Sequence record: OK018184
Reading direction: 5' to 3' (one strand)
Length of the DNA stretch: 64,000 nucleotides
DNA from: Shigella phage CT01
This document shows, piece by piece, positions 33,818 through 44,325 of this stretch. Both the position numbers and the translations under genes were made by a program. The notes beneath the pieces are model-generated. The model did no database searches. It had not been told where the DNA came from and saw only the letters and a program-made list of their open reading frames with translations. How positions within the stretch are numbered: position 1 is the first letter of the stretch; each line of letters begins with the position of its first letter.

Positions 33818-33947
33818 CTAAATTTTCCTTATCATCAGAACCTCCCATACATCTAGGGATTATATGATGTGTCTCTTTATATTCTGATAAAGATTCCCGA
33901 GCCTGAGCTCGGGAAATTAGGTCATTATAGATTTTTTGATAATTCAT
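33759..33947 (-). pseudogene. mobE: truncated HNH homing-endonuclease remnant (mobE-like)
   Basis: 62-aa ORF with HNH motif ETHHIIPRCMGGSDDKENLV that runs into the nrdB start; lies in the nrdA-nrdB gap where T4 has mobE. Confidence 0.5.
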
Positions 33948-34729
33948 TACAATTTACACGCTGCGCAATCATCGGCTTTTGGAGTTTCTATTTCGTAATC
34001 ATCAGTACCGGAACCATCACGAGTATTATGATAATAGAAGTTTTTAATGCCATAATACCATCCGTATAGCATGTCATCAATCATTACAGACATTGGAACC
34101 TTTCCTTTTGGAAAAATCTGCGGGTCATAATATGTATTCGCTGAAGCTGATTGACATACCCATTTCAGCATAATAGCTACCTGCGTAAGATAAGGTTTAT
34201 TGCCTTTCTTAGCTAATTTCCACGTATAATCATAGAGGTCTATGTTATGCTCAATATTGGGCACGACTTGATTAAAGGAACCCTCTTTTGATTCTTTAAC
34301 AGAGACTGGTCCACGTGGAGGCTCGATACCGTTTGTACTGTTAGAAACTTGGGAAGATGACTCACATGGCATAAGTGCTGATAATGTGCTATTACGGATG
34401 CCAAAGAGCTTAAGGTCTTCCCGCAGCGACGACCAGTCACAAACGTATTTTGGAGCTGCGATTTGGTCAATCTTTTTATTGTACCAGTCGATAGGTAATT
34501 CGCCTCGAGACCAACGAGTGTCTGAATAATATTCGCAAGGTCCTTTTTCTTTGGCGAGCTTAATGGATGCTTTAATGAGCCCATACTGTAATCTCTCAAA
34601 TAGTTCATGTGTTAAATCGTTAGCATCTTCATAAGAAGCAAAGTTACTTGCCAGCCAAGCTGCATAGTTCGTAACACCAACACCGAGATTACGACGCTTT
34701 TTAGCTTTTAAAGCTTCTGGAACCGGATA

Positions 34730-34877
34730 ATCTTGATAGTCTAACAGGTTATCAAGTGCACGTACTTGAACTTCTGCTAATTCATTAATTTTATCTTGGT
34801 CTTGCCAATCGAAGTTATCCAACACAAATGCAGATAACGTGCACAATCCAATTTCAGCATCAGGACTATTCACATCA
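34730..34877. repeat. 148-bp direct repeat of nrdA sequence, left copy flanking the insert
   Basis: Identical to 35737-35884; encodes DVNSPDAEIGLCTLSAFVLDNFDWQDQDKINELAEVQVRALDNLLDYQD. Confidence 0.9.
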
Positions 34878-35736
34878 GTTCGACGCGTTGTTCTTGAAGA
34901 CGGATCACATACTTGGACTGCTAAACAAGATTTTAATGGCGCAGTTAACTTTAACTCTACTGTTAACCTTAATAACACTACCACATTTAAAACAGAAGTT
35001 AAATTCCGCTCGTTGAATGCATTCCGTATGTATGGCGGAAAATTTGGTACATTTTTACGTAATGATGGAGAGAGTCTTTATATTCTTTCCACCGACGAAG
35101 ATGATCAAGATGGAAACTTTAATACAAATAGACCTTTCCGTTATGAATTAAGAACTGGTGATGTTACTTTGGGTGGTGTTAGTGGTGCTAACGTTTTAAA
35201 ATTAAAACGTGATTCTCTCACCGCATTTTTTGGCGGTGATATTAACATGAAAGGCACGATGACTTTTGACGCCGGACGTTTAGGGTCACGAGATTATTTT
35301 AAATTTAACCATTGGGGTGATAGCAATAACGCTCGTGATAACATCATCCAGTTAGAAGATAGTCAAGGCGCTCATTTTTCCACTGAACGTACTTTAGCGA
35401 CTGGTGCAATTAAAACTCGTTTCTTTGGCGAAACATTCACTGATGGTACATTATACCTAAATCAGATGAATAATAGCTCTGAACGATTCCATATCAATAA
35501 TTGGGGAAATTCAGAAGTTGGTCGCGCGGCAGTGATGGAAGTCGGTGATTCCAAAGGTTATCACTTCTATACGGAACGCAGGACAGATAACAGTTTGACA
35601 TTTGATGTTGCTGGCACTTTTACCGTGCATGGACCTACCGGGATCACTATCAAAAACTCTGTTGGTGCTCGCCACATCTGGTTTAAAGATGATAGCGATG
35701 CAGAAAAGGCTGACAGTTTAATTACCTTCCGCAGTG
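34878..35736 (+). other. inserted segment derived from long tail fibre gene 37 (835 bp of gene 37 sequence plus 24-bp filler)
   Basis: 34876-35712 matches the gene 37 copy at 52582-53074 and also contains the 344 bp absent from that copy; 35713-35736 has no match in the window. Confidence 0.85.
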
Positions 35737-35884
35737 ATCTTGATAGTCTAACAGGTTATCAAGTGCACGTACTTGAACTTCTGCTAATTCATTAATTTTA
35801 TCTTGGTCTTGCCAATCGAAGTTATCCAACACAAATGCAGATAACGTGCACAATCCAATTTCAGCATCAGGACTATTCACATCA
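35737..35884. repeat. 148-bp direct repeat of nrdA sequence, right copy
   Basis: Identical to 34730-34877. Confidence 0.9.
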
Positions 35885-37208
35885 TTTGTTGGAATAGCAA
35901 TTTCACAACACAAGTTACTCTGGCGAATAGGCGCCTTTTCACGAATAAACGGAGTATAGTTATTCGTATTATCAATGAACTGCACATAAATCCTTGCTGT
36001 TCCTGATCGTTCAGTCATGAGTAATTCAAATAGTTCACGGGCTTTAATACGCTTTTTGCGAATATTAGGGTCTTTTTCTGCTGCTTCGTATAATTCGCAG
36101 AAACGGTCTTGGTCTTTAAAATAAGAATAATAAAGCTCACCACCCATTTCATGCGGACTGAACAAAGTAATGTAATCGTTCTTTCCAAAACGTTCCATCA
36201 TCAAATCATTCAACTGGACGCCATAATCCATATGACGGATACGGTTTTCTTCTACACCTTTGTTATTTTTCAAAACGAGAAGATTTTCAACTTCCAAATG
36301 CCAAATAGGATAATAAGCAGTAGCAGCGCCGCCACGAATTCCGCCCTGTGAACATGATTTAACAGCAGTCTGAAAATGTTTCCAAAAAGGAATAACACCA
36401 GTATGGCGTACTTCACCTGTGCCAATCTTAGAACCTTCGGCACGAATCATACCAACGTTAATACCGATTCCAGCTCGTTTTGAAATATACTCAACAATTG
36501 AAGCAGAAGCCTTATTGATAGACTTCAGCGAATCGCCTGCCTCAATAACAACGCATGAACTAAATTGCCGAGTCGGAGTACGACATCCAGCCATAATAGG
36601 AGTAGGCAGTGAAATCTGTCGAGTAGATACTGCTTCATAAAAACGAATAACATGTTTTAATCTATCAACAGGTTCATCTTGATGTAATGCCATTCCAATA
36701 GTCATAAATGCAAACTGAGGAGTTTCATAAATTTGACCAGTGGTTTTATCTTTAACGAGATATTTTTCTTTTAATTGCATCGCCCCGGAATAAGTAAATT
36801 CCATATCCCGCTCATGCTTAATTTTTGATTCTAAAAATGTAATTTCTTCTGCTGAATATTTTGACAACAATTCAGGGTCGTATTTACCTTCATTTACACA
36901 GTAAGAAATATGGTCAATAAATGAACGTGGTTCATATTGCCCGTAAACATGCTTACGAAGAGCAAACATTAAACACCGTGCAGCTACGTATTGATAATCA
37001 GGCTCTTCAACTGAAATAGAATTCGCAGCAGCCTTAATTACAATGGTTTGAATGTCATCAGTGGTCATTCCATCACGGAGATATGATTTAATATTTTCAT
37101 ATAATTCATAAGGATCTACAGATGTTCCTTCAGCTGCCCAAGATAAAACTTTAATAATTTTTTGCGGGTCAAAGCTTTGAGAAACACCACTACTTTTGAT
37201 AACATTAA

Positions 37209-37535
37209 TTAATTGCATAAGTCCTCAACTTGAAAATCGTCTTTAAACAATCGGTTAACTATATGAGCTATTATATCACCATGACACGGCTTTGGTTTAC
37301 ATGTGCATCCTAGCCTCATTCCACGTAAAGGCTCTAAATGTGCTTTAGTTATTTCTCCGGATTTAATTCGACGTATAAAATCTTTTTTGAATAATTCAAT
37401 GGCAGCCTCCCGGCTGCCAGCATCTTTACCGACGTAATTTCCCCAAAATGTACCACGGTGAATATTAACATCAAAGTCGGATTTATATTTATTCACTACT
37501 TGGCATAGACGGCCCGCGCGGTGATAATTTGTCAT
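37209..37535 (-). CDS. hypothetical Cys-rich protein at the nrdA.1 position
   Basis: 108-aa ORF upstream of nrdA. Confidence 0.55.
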   Translation of the reverse strand: MTNYHRAGRLCQVVNKYKSDFDVNIHRGTFWGNYVGKDAGSREAAIELFKKDFIRRIKSGEITKAHLEPLRGMRLGCTCKPKPCHGDIIAHIVNRLFKDDFQVEDLCN

Positions 37536-37752
37536 ATTGTTTTTCCGTTAAAACAGTAATATCATAATAACAATCTGAAGAAGTTTTAACCGTAGAAATT
37601 TTATTATCAAAATACTCACGAGTCATTTTATGAGTATAATATTTTTTGCCATAAATTATAATAGGCTGATTTGGTCCTGGAACTTCTAACTCGCTTGGGT
37701 TAGGAAGTGTAAAAAGAACTACACCAGAAGTATCTTTAAATCGTAAAATCAT
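37489..37752 (-). CDS. hypothetical protein at the nrdA.2 position
   Basis: 87-aa ORF. Confidence 0.5.
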   Translation of the reverse strand: MILRFKDTSGVVLFTLPNPSELEVPGPNQPIIIYGKKYYTHKMTREYFDNKISTVKTSSDCYYDITVLTEKQYDKLSPRGPSMPSSE

Positions 37753-37775
37753 ATATCCTCACAATTAATAATTAA

Positions 37776-38636
37776 TTACACCGCCATTTTTCCTTTAATA
37801 GGAGGGTGAGATACATAGTTGTTAAGAACAAAATTATGCGGCTTTGCGAATTGACTCAACCAAAATACCTGTGATTCTGTGTCCCATTCATCAAATTCAT
37901 CTGGAAATTTTAATTGTAATTCGCATAAATCCATAGGTTCACGACGCAAAATTTCTTTACATTGTTCTACGTGATTCATATAGATATGAGTATTACCACC
38001 AGAAAATATCAAATCTCCTGGAATAAGATTACACATCTTAGCTACAATATGAACTAATGCAGCATATGATGCAATGTTGAATGGCAAGCCCAAGAACACG
38101 TCAACACTTCTTTGATACCACTGCAAATCCAAATAGCCATTACGCACATTAAACTGATAGAACATATGACAAGGCGGTAATGCCATTTGCTTGAGTTCAG
38201 CTGGATTCCATGCTGAAACAATTTGACGTCTATCATTTGGCAGTTTTTTAATACGATCAACAACTTCTATAATTTGGTCTACACCGCCAAAATCACGCCA
38301 TTGTTTTCCATAAATTGGACCAAGTTCACCGCTATGATATCCTAAATCTTTTGCTTGATTTTCGTAATTTTCATCCCAGACTGTTTTGCCTTGAATTAAT
38401 GAATCATGCTGAATTAATCGTAAATCATTTACGTTAGTACTTCCTGATAAAAACCATATTAGCTCAGCAATGCAAGCTTTCCAGGCGAGCTTCTTAGTTG
38501 TTACTGCAGGAAAACCTTTACTTAAATCCCAGCGTAATTTAGTACCGAACAGAGCAATTGTTCCTGTGCCTGTTCGGTCATCAGTTTCATAGCCATTTTC
38601 AAAAATGTCTTTAATTAAATCTTGGTATTGTTTCAT
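37776..38636 (-). CDS. td: thymidylate synthase, intron-less
   Basis: 286 aa continuous ORF with active-site region PPCH; no group I intron or I-TevI ORF. Confidence 0.9.
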   Translation of the reverse strand: MKQYQDLIKDIFENGYETDDRTGTGTIALFGTKLRWDLSKGFPAVTTKKLAWKACIAELIWFLSGSTNVNDLRLIQHDSLIQGKTVWDENYENQAKDLGYHSGELGPIYGKQWRDFGGVDQIIEVVDRIKKLPNDRRQIVSAWNPAELKQMALPPCHMFYQFNVRNGYLDLQWYQRSVDVFLGLPFNIASYAALVHIVAKMCNLIPGDLIFSGGNTHIYMNHVEQCKEILRREPMDLCELQLKFPDEFDEWDTESQVFWLSQFAKPHNFVLNNYVSHPPIKGKMAV

Positions 38637-38681
38637 TTAGTACCTTATATAAATTATAATACATTTTATGAAGCTAAATAA

Positions 38682-39041
38682 TCAATACGGTTTAGCGTCA
38701 AATTTTCTTTCAATTTCAGGCGTAAAATATAATTCTTTACCACGCTTGGAAAAGCGACCAATAATATGATAATTATTCTCATCAAACGTGATATTGCCAA
38801 TATCCATAGCTTTCAACCAAATATCGATATTTCTGTCAAGCTTTATATCAAAATTCCAATACGGAGAACTATTACCGAAAATACTGCAAGCGGATTCAGT
38901 GAAACAACTACTATAAATCTTGTCTTTAGGAACTACTAATTGATAGACGCCTTTAATAAACTGAGGACCCTGCCATTTTGGCTGTTTCGCGTCTTTTTCT
39001 AATAGAATAGGGTAATAATTAAAGCTCATATTTTCCGCCAC
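38682..39041 (-). CDS. hypothetical protein inserted between frd and td
   Basis: 119-aa ORF with no recognisable motifs, occupying a gap where T4 frd and td abut. Confidence 0.5.
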   Translation of the reverse strand: MAENMSFNYYPILLEKDAKQPKWQGPQFIKGVYQLVVPKDKIYSSCFTESACSIFGNSSPYWNFDIKLDRNIDIWLKAMDIGNITFDENNYHIIGRFSKRGKELYFTPEIERKFDAKPY

Positions 39042-39049
39042 GTGTTATT

Positions 39050-39876
<827 letters not shown>

Positions 39877-39884
39877 ATTATCTC

Positions 39885-40220
39885 CTAATATAAAGGATCG
39901 GGAACATATCCACTAGCTTTAATCATTTTGATTAATGTTAACATTCCTTTATTAACTGCTCGTGAGATTTCATCAAAAACTTCATCACTAAAAAGTTCTA
40001 ACACGCCCTTCTGAACTTTTAATTTACACCCAATAATTTCGTCATCGCCTATAGTAAATTCGTTTCCGCCAATTCCACCGAAAAACTTAATTGCACCAGT
40101 CAACTGTCTTCCACGAGAATATGGGTCGTGTGATAAAGTAATATGAGTCACCCCAGGTACAGTTTTAAATTGACAGCGGATGTTTACTTGGGCAATTCCA
40201 GTTACGTGAATGTCAGACAT
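39885..40220 (-). CDS. hypothetical protein (frd.2-like position)
   Basis: 111-aa ORF. Confidence 0.5.
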   Translation of the reverse strand: MSDIHVTGIAQVNIRCQFKTVPGVTHITLSHDPYSRGRQLTGAIKFFGGIGGNEFTIGDDEIIGCKLKVQKGVLELFSDEVFDEISRAVNKGMLTLIKMIKASGYVPDPLY

Positions 40221-40244
40221 AATATTTTCCTCAAACAGACTTTT

Positions 40245-40709
40245 TCACAATTTTCCAATCAGCTTTAAACTGTTCAACGTCAGAATGATAAATCCAGAAT
40301 CCTGCGCTTTCTCCATCCTCATAAAGAGGGCATCCATCGCATTCATCTTCCCATCCCATATCACGTAAAAGATGTTCGGCTTTTTCAACGAGATCAGAAT
40401 CTTTACCGATGATATTAAAATACCATTTACCTCTAACTTCTGAATCTTTTCTTTAGTAGCCTTTTCCATACTTCTGAACTTAACCAATAGAGGATAGGTA
40501 TCGACACCCATAACTAAACTGGTTACAAGACTGTGTTCACCCACAAGCCATAACGAATACGTTTGAATATCGAGTCCGTAATTTCTGTCTTTATGGACCC
40601 GTACACCCATCACTTCAAATTTCTCACTAGCTTTTTCTACCGCATCCAGGAAATCATCTTTAGTCATATTAGGCCTTAAAAGTTTTTCGCAAAAGTTCAA
40701 TGATTTCAT
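40245..40709 (-). CDS. hypothetical protein (frd.3-like position); true start probably the internal Met
   Basis: 154-aa ORF overlapping the upstream gene by 41 bp. Confidence 0.45.
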   Translation of the reverse strand: MKSLNFCEKLLRPNMTKDDFLDAVEKASEKFEVMGVRVHKDRNYGLDIQTYSLWLVGEHSLVTSLVMGVDTYPLLVKFRSMEKATKEKIQKLEVNGILISSVKILISLKKPNIFYVIWDGKMNAMDALFMRMEKAQDSGFIILTLNSLKLIGKL

Positions 40710-41070
40710 CTACATTGTTTTCGTCTACAATGCAGTGAATTTTTGTTACGCCAGAAATCTTGTCTTCGACTTCATCTTCTTCAGAAGTCGGTTCTTTATA
40801 CTCGCGGAAACAATAAAACTCTTCTTCACTAAGTTCAAAATAATCATCACCTATGCCATCATTATAATAGATTTCGCCATTAGCACAAATGATTTCGGTT
40901 ACATAATCAAAGCCATCTAAACTTGATATTGATTTAACTTCAAACCAACCGCCATTTTCTTGAATGATGCTGACCATATTAGCATTTGATGAACTAATAT
41001 CAATGAAAGATTTAATACGGTGTGGATTTAACTCATATTTTTTGCCGATTTCCATTTTGATTTTCCTCAT
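40669..41070 (-). CDS. hypothetical acidic protein
   Basis: 133-aa ORF. Confidence 0.5.
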   Translation of the reverse strand: MRKIKMEIGKKYELNPHRIKSFIDISSSNANMVSIIQENGGWFEVKSISSLDGFDYVTEIICANGEIYYNDGIGDDYFELSEEEFYCFREYKEPTSEEDEVEDKISGVTKIHCIVDENNVDEIIELLRKTFKA

Positions 41071-41100
41071 TTTAACGGGACTGTAATAGCCCCTTGATAA

Positions 41101-41349
41101 TTATTGTTCAATCAGTCCCATATAAAATTCTGCGTCTTCAGCATCCATGCCATCGCAATATTCATTAGCCATAAAGCGGGTGAGGTCTTCAAGAGGACCT
41201 TCAATAACGATTTGAATACTCCAAAACTTAGAATCTTGTACTCTTGTGATACTAAGTTCAGGATAACGATTACGAATAATTTCTTCAATATATTCAAAAT
41301 CAACGATGTCAATATCAACTTTAGCCATATTATTTTCCTCTTTAATCAT
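41101..41349 (-). CDS. hypothetical acidic protein
   Basis: 82-aa ORF with an early promoter block upstream. Confidence 0.5.
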   Translation of the reverse strand: MIKEENNMAKVDIDIVDFEYIEEIIRNRYPELSITRVQDSKFWSIQIVIEGPLEDLTRFMANEYCDGMDAEDAEFYMGLIEQ

Positions 41350-41371
41350 CAGCAGTATTGCCGATAGTTGT

Positions 41372-41400
41372 ATAGTACCATAGAAGAACAGAGATGTAAA
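41372..41400 (-). promoter_or_regulatory. conserved early promoter block (-35 GTTTAC, 17-bp spacer, -10 TACTAT)
   Basis: Minus-strand GTTTACatctctgttcttctatggTACTAT with upstream A/T-rich aaaaatttttcacaaaac. Confidence 0.45.
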
Positions 41401-41423
41401 CAGTTTTGTGAAAAATTTTTGAA

Positions 41424-41450
41424 ATAAAAAAGGGGACCTCTAGGGTCCCC
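41424..41450 (-). terminator. hairpin ggggacc-tcta-gggtcccc with T-run downstream of gene 32
   Basis: Perfect stem preceded by aaaaaa on the plus strand. Confidence 0.55.
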
Positions 41451-41472
41451 AATTAATTAGTAATATAATCTA

Positions 41473-42381
41473 TTAAAGGTCATTCAAAAGGTCATCCAGA
41501 TCCGTGTCATCAGCACTAGATGAACTGCCAGAGCTTGAGCTCATAAAATCATCTTCAGTTTTTGTTTTGAAGTCATCAACATTGAATGCATCCAAATCAT
41601 CAGCAACTTTATCAGCTTTCTTAGCGGCAGTTGCTGCGGCACCGCCCATAGCAGCAGTTCCCATAACTTGACTGAACTTAGTGCTCAGTTCTTCAAACGA
41701 TTTGAATTTATCTTTAGAAGTCATTTCAGAAAGGTCAACCATTTGTTCGAACAGTTCTTTCTGGAAAGATTCATCATCAATGTTTGGAATCGCAGATTGA
41801 TTCAGGAATTTAGATTCATCGTAGTTACTAAAACCAGAAACTTGTTTAACTTTCAGTACAAAGTTAGCACCTTCCCACGGACAAGTTACATCAACCGGAG
41901 TTTCACCCATTTCAACATCAACTGCAATCATTGCATTGATTTTATCCCAGATTTTCTTACCAAAACGGTATTTAAATACTTTACCTTCATTTTCTGGAGC
42001 AGCTGGGTCTTTTACTACAAGAATGTTAGCCCAGTAAGAAGTTTTACGTTTAACAAGACCGTACTCTTTATTGTCAGTGTTATACAAATCATTTTTACTG
42101 ATGTACTGACATACTGGACAAGAATCGTAATCACCGTGGGTAGATGAACAGTTTTCAATATACCATTTACCATTTTTCTTGAAACCGTGATTTACAAGAA
42201 TTGCGAATGGTGCTTGTTCATCATTTTTAGACGGAAGAAAACGAATTACTGCTTGACCGTTACCCGCATTATCGAGTTTCAGTTTCCACTCGCCTTTATC
42301 TTCAGAAGAAAAACTACCTTTATTTCCAGCCAGTTTAGCCATTTGTGCAGCGAGTTCAGCAGTAGATTTACGTTTAAACAT
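41473..42381 (-). CDS. 32: single-stranded DNA-binding protein gp32
   Basis: 302 aa; [17 protein letters not shown]..., acidic C-terminus [12 protein letters not shown]; matches recalled T4 gp32. Confidence 0.9.
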   Translation of the reverse strand: MFKRKSTAELAAQMAKLAGNKGSFSSEDKGEWKLKLDNAGNGQAVIRFLPSKNDEQAPFAILVNHGFKKNGKWYIENCSSTHGDYDSCPVCQYISKNDLYNTDNKEYGLVKRKTSYWANILVVKDPAAPENEGKVFKYRFGKKIWDKINAMIAVDVEMGETPVDVTCPWEGANFVLKVKQVSGFSNYDESKFLNQSAIPNIDDESFQKELFEQMVDLSEMTSKDKFKSFEELSTKFSQVMGTAAMGGAAATAAKKADKVADDLDAFNVDDFKTKTEDDFMSSSSGSSSSADDTDLDDLLNDL

Positions 42382-42628
42382 TTTTATTTCCTTTTTAATT
42401 TAATTAACAGTTGGTGCTATGACGATGTATGACCTCATAGCTGGTCAGTGAGATAATTATAATCTATTTATAATAAGCAATTAATACTTACAAGATTTCA
42501 CAGTTTCAATGAAAACACTTTTGGCTTTCTGTGAATCAATATTTAAAATTTTTCTATAAGCCTTTAACTTTATAGAATAATTATTCCAGACTAAATTATC
42601 AGTCTGTTCATCATGTTTATCAATTATA
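42091..42628. repeat. 538-bp direct repeat, copy 1 (gene 32 5' end, its leader, and the gene 59 3' end)
   Basis: Identical to 42692-43229 (offset 601 bp). Confidence 0.9.
42481..42628 (-). pseudogene. duplicated 3' fragment of gene 59 (last 48 codons)
   Basis: Encodes [48 protein letters not shown], identical to the gp59 C-terminus. Confidence 0.7.
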
Positions 42629-42691
42629 ATTCGAACTGATCTGTGTTTGTGCATTTGGGCATATGTTTGCGCGCGTAAAGCAGGCTGGTCG
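42629..42691. other. 63-bp unique spacer between the two 538-bp repeat copies
   Basis: No match found elsewhere in the window by eye. Confidence 0.6.
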
Positions 42692-42982
42692 ATTTTTACT
42701 GATGTACTGACATACTGGACAAGAATCGTAATCACCGTGGGTAGATGAACAGTTTTCAATATACCATTTACCATTTTTCTTGAAACCGTGATTTACAAGA
42801 ATTGCGAATGGTGCTTGTTCATCATTTTTAGACGGAAGAAAACGAATTACTGCTTGACCGTTACCCGCATTATCGAGTTTCAGTTTCCACTCGCCTTTAT
42901 CTTCAGAAGAAAAACTACCTTTATTTCCAGCCAGTTTAGCCATTTGTGCAGCGAGTTCAGCAGTAGATTTACGTTTAAACAT
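42692..42982 (-). pseudogene. duplicated 5' fragment of gene 32 (first 97 codons) fused to junction sequence
   Basis: Track ORF 42620..42982 begins with the gp32 N-terminus and then diverges into spacer-encoded residues. Confidence 0.7.
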
Positions 42983-43229
42983 TTTTATTTCCTTTTTAAT
43001 TTAATTAACAGTTGGTGCTATGACGATGTATGACCTCATAGCTGGTCAGTGAGATAATTATAATCTATTTATAATAAGCAATTAATACTTACAAGATTTC
43101 ACAGTTTCAATGAAAACACTTTTGGCTTTCTGTGAATCAATATTTAAAATTTTTCTATAAGCCTTTAACTTTATAGAATAATTATTCCAGACTAAATTAT
43201 CAGTCTGTTCATCATGTTTATCAATTATA
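42692..43229. repeat. 538-bp direct repeat, copy 2
   Basis: Identical to 42091-42628. Confidence 0.9.
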
Positions 43230-43735
43230 TTTAAAAACGAATCAAGCAAGATAAACGTCTCAAACGAAATTATATTCGATTGAAGTAGTTTAAAAATATA
43301 ACTTGATTGAACTTTTGGATTATACTCAAAGATTTCTTTAAAAGCAGAAACTTCAACTTTTTTACTAAAATAGTAAATATTGCGAATATCTTCTTCAAAC
43401 TTAAATTTAATTTGCTTTAAGCGTCCGATATATTCACGATAAAACACAAGTGCATCAGCGTCAGAGATGTCACCAATCCAAGCATCTTGGTTAGCAACAA
43501 GATTGCTTATAAAGATTAAAGCAAGTTCCTTTAATTTATATTTTTCTGATAACTTCTGGAAAAAATACTTATCCCTTCGCTTTTGATAAGCGGCATCAGA
43601 CACCCGCATGCACCAATTATACTTAATTACATCATACTTTCCATTCATATGTTGTTTTATCATTAAGTATAATTTATAAACTGATTTACCATCAATATAT
43701 CTTTCACCACCAGCAGGCATGCGGAGTTTAATCAT
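43082..43735 (-). CDS. 59: helicase loader gp59
   Basis: 217 aa, MIKLRMPAGGERYIDGKSVYKLY... matches recalled T4 gp59. Confidence 0.85.
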   Translation of the reverse strand: MIKLRMPAGGERYIDGKSVYKLYLMIKQHMNGKYDVIKYNWCMRVSDAAYQKRRDKYFFQKLSEKYKLKELALIFISNLVANQDAWIGDISDADALVFYREYIGRLKQIKFKFEEDIRNIYYFSKKVEVSAFKEIFEYNPKVQSSYIFKLLQSNIISFETFILLDSFLNIIDKHDEQTDNLVWNNYSIKLKAYRKILNIDSQKAKSVFIETVKSCKY

Positions 43736-44070
43736 AGTAGAAAATCTAAGGTATTAGTTTTTTCACAACGAACAACAGAAGGACGTAAAAGATTTTCGTC
43801 AATAGCTTCTGACTGAATTTTTTCAATTATACCCGAAGGAATAAATTTAGCAAATTGAGTTTCAGGAATAGAATTTTCTTCCAAGAATGCTGTTGTAGCT
43901 TCAAGATAACTCATTCCAAACTCTTCTACCATTTTTTCGATAATAAATCCATTTTCTTGGCGGTCAAGAAGCTTTGCTATTTCATCCTTTTCTTTCTTAA
44001 TTGAAAGTTCTTTTTCTGAAAGACCGGTCTCATCGACCGGACGAATATCATTTAGAGAAAACTGTGTCAT
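43732..44070 (-). CDS. 33: late transcription co-activator gp33
   Basis: 112 aa from MTQFSLNDIRPVDETGL (internal Met of the track ORF). Confidence 0.85.
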   Translation of the reverse strand: MTQFSLNDIRPVDETGLSEKELSIKKEKDEIAKLLDRQENGFIIEKMVEEFGMSYLEATTAFLEENSIPETQFAKFIPSGIIEKIQSEAIDENLLRPSVVRCEKTNTLDFLL

Positions 44071-44317
44071 AAAGTTCAACTACCTCTTCAGTTTCAGCTT
44101 CAAACACATCACGGTTATCTTTATGATACAAAGCTAAAAGACGATTAAACATCTTACCATCAACGCCAAGTTCATCTTTGGCGCGAATTCGAATATCTTT
44201 AATCAATTCATTATAACCAGAAATTTTCAGTTTATGATCAGATGCTTCTTTGATAAATTTAGCTAAGTCTTCGCCATGGATAGCTTCATCAAATTCAACC
44301 ATTTCTTTTTTAGCCAT
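44048..44317 (-). CDS. dsbA: double-stranded DNA-binding protein DsbA
   Basis: 89 aa, T4 position between 33 and rnh. Confidence 0.75.
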   Translation of the reverse strand: MAKKEMVEFDEAIHGEDLAKFIKEASDHKLKISGYNELIKDIRIRAKDELGVDGKMFNRLLALYHKDNRDVFEAETEEVVELYDTVFSK

Positions 44318-44325
44318 TATTCACC

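Larger units (their letters stand above)
33947..37218 (-). pseudogene. nrdA: ribonucleotide reductase large subunit nrdA, interrupted by a 1007-bp insertion/duplication
   Basis: N-terminal 494 codons (35737-37218) and C-terminal 260 codons (33947-34729) rejoin to a 754-aa NrdA if 34878-35884 is removed; each fragment ends or starts in junk sequence. Confidence 0.8.

Noticed and set aside
34839-35795. 318-aa plus-strand ORF inside nrdA
   Set aside because: It is a chimeric reading of the inserted gene 37 fragment that runs into the antisense of the nrdA repeat, not an independent gene.
41668-42147. 159-aa plus-strand ORF inside gene 32
   Set aside because: Antisense to gp32 with Phe/Arg-rich low-complexity translation; spurious.
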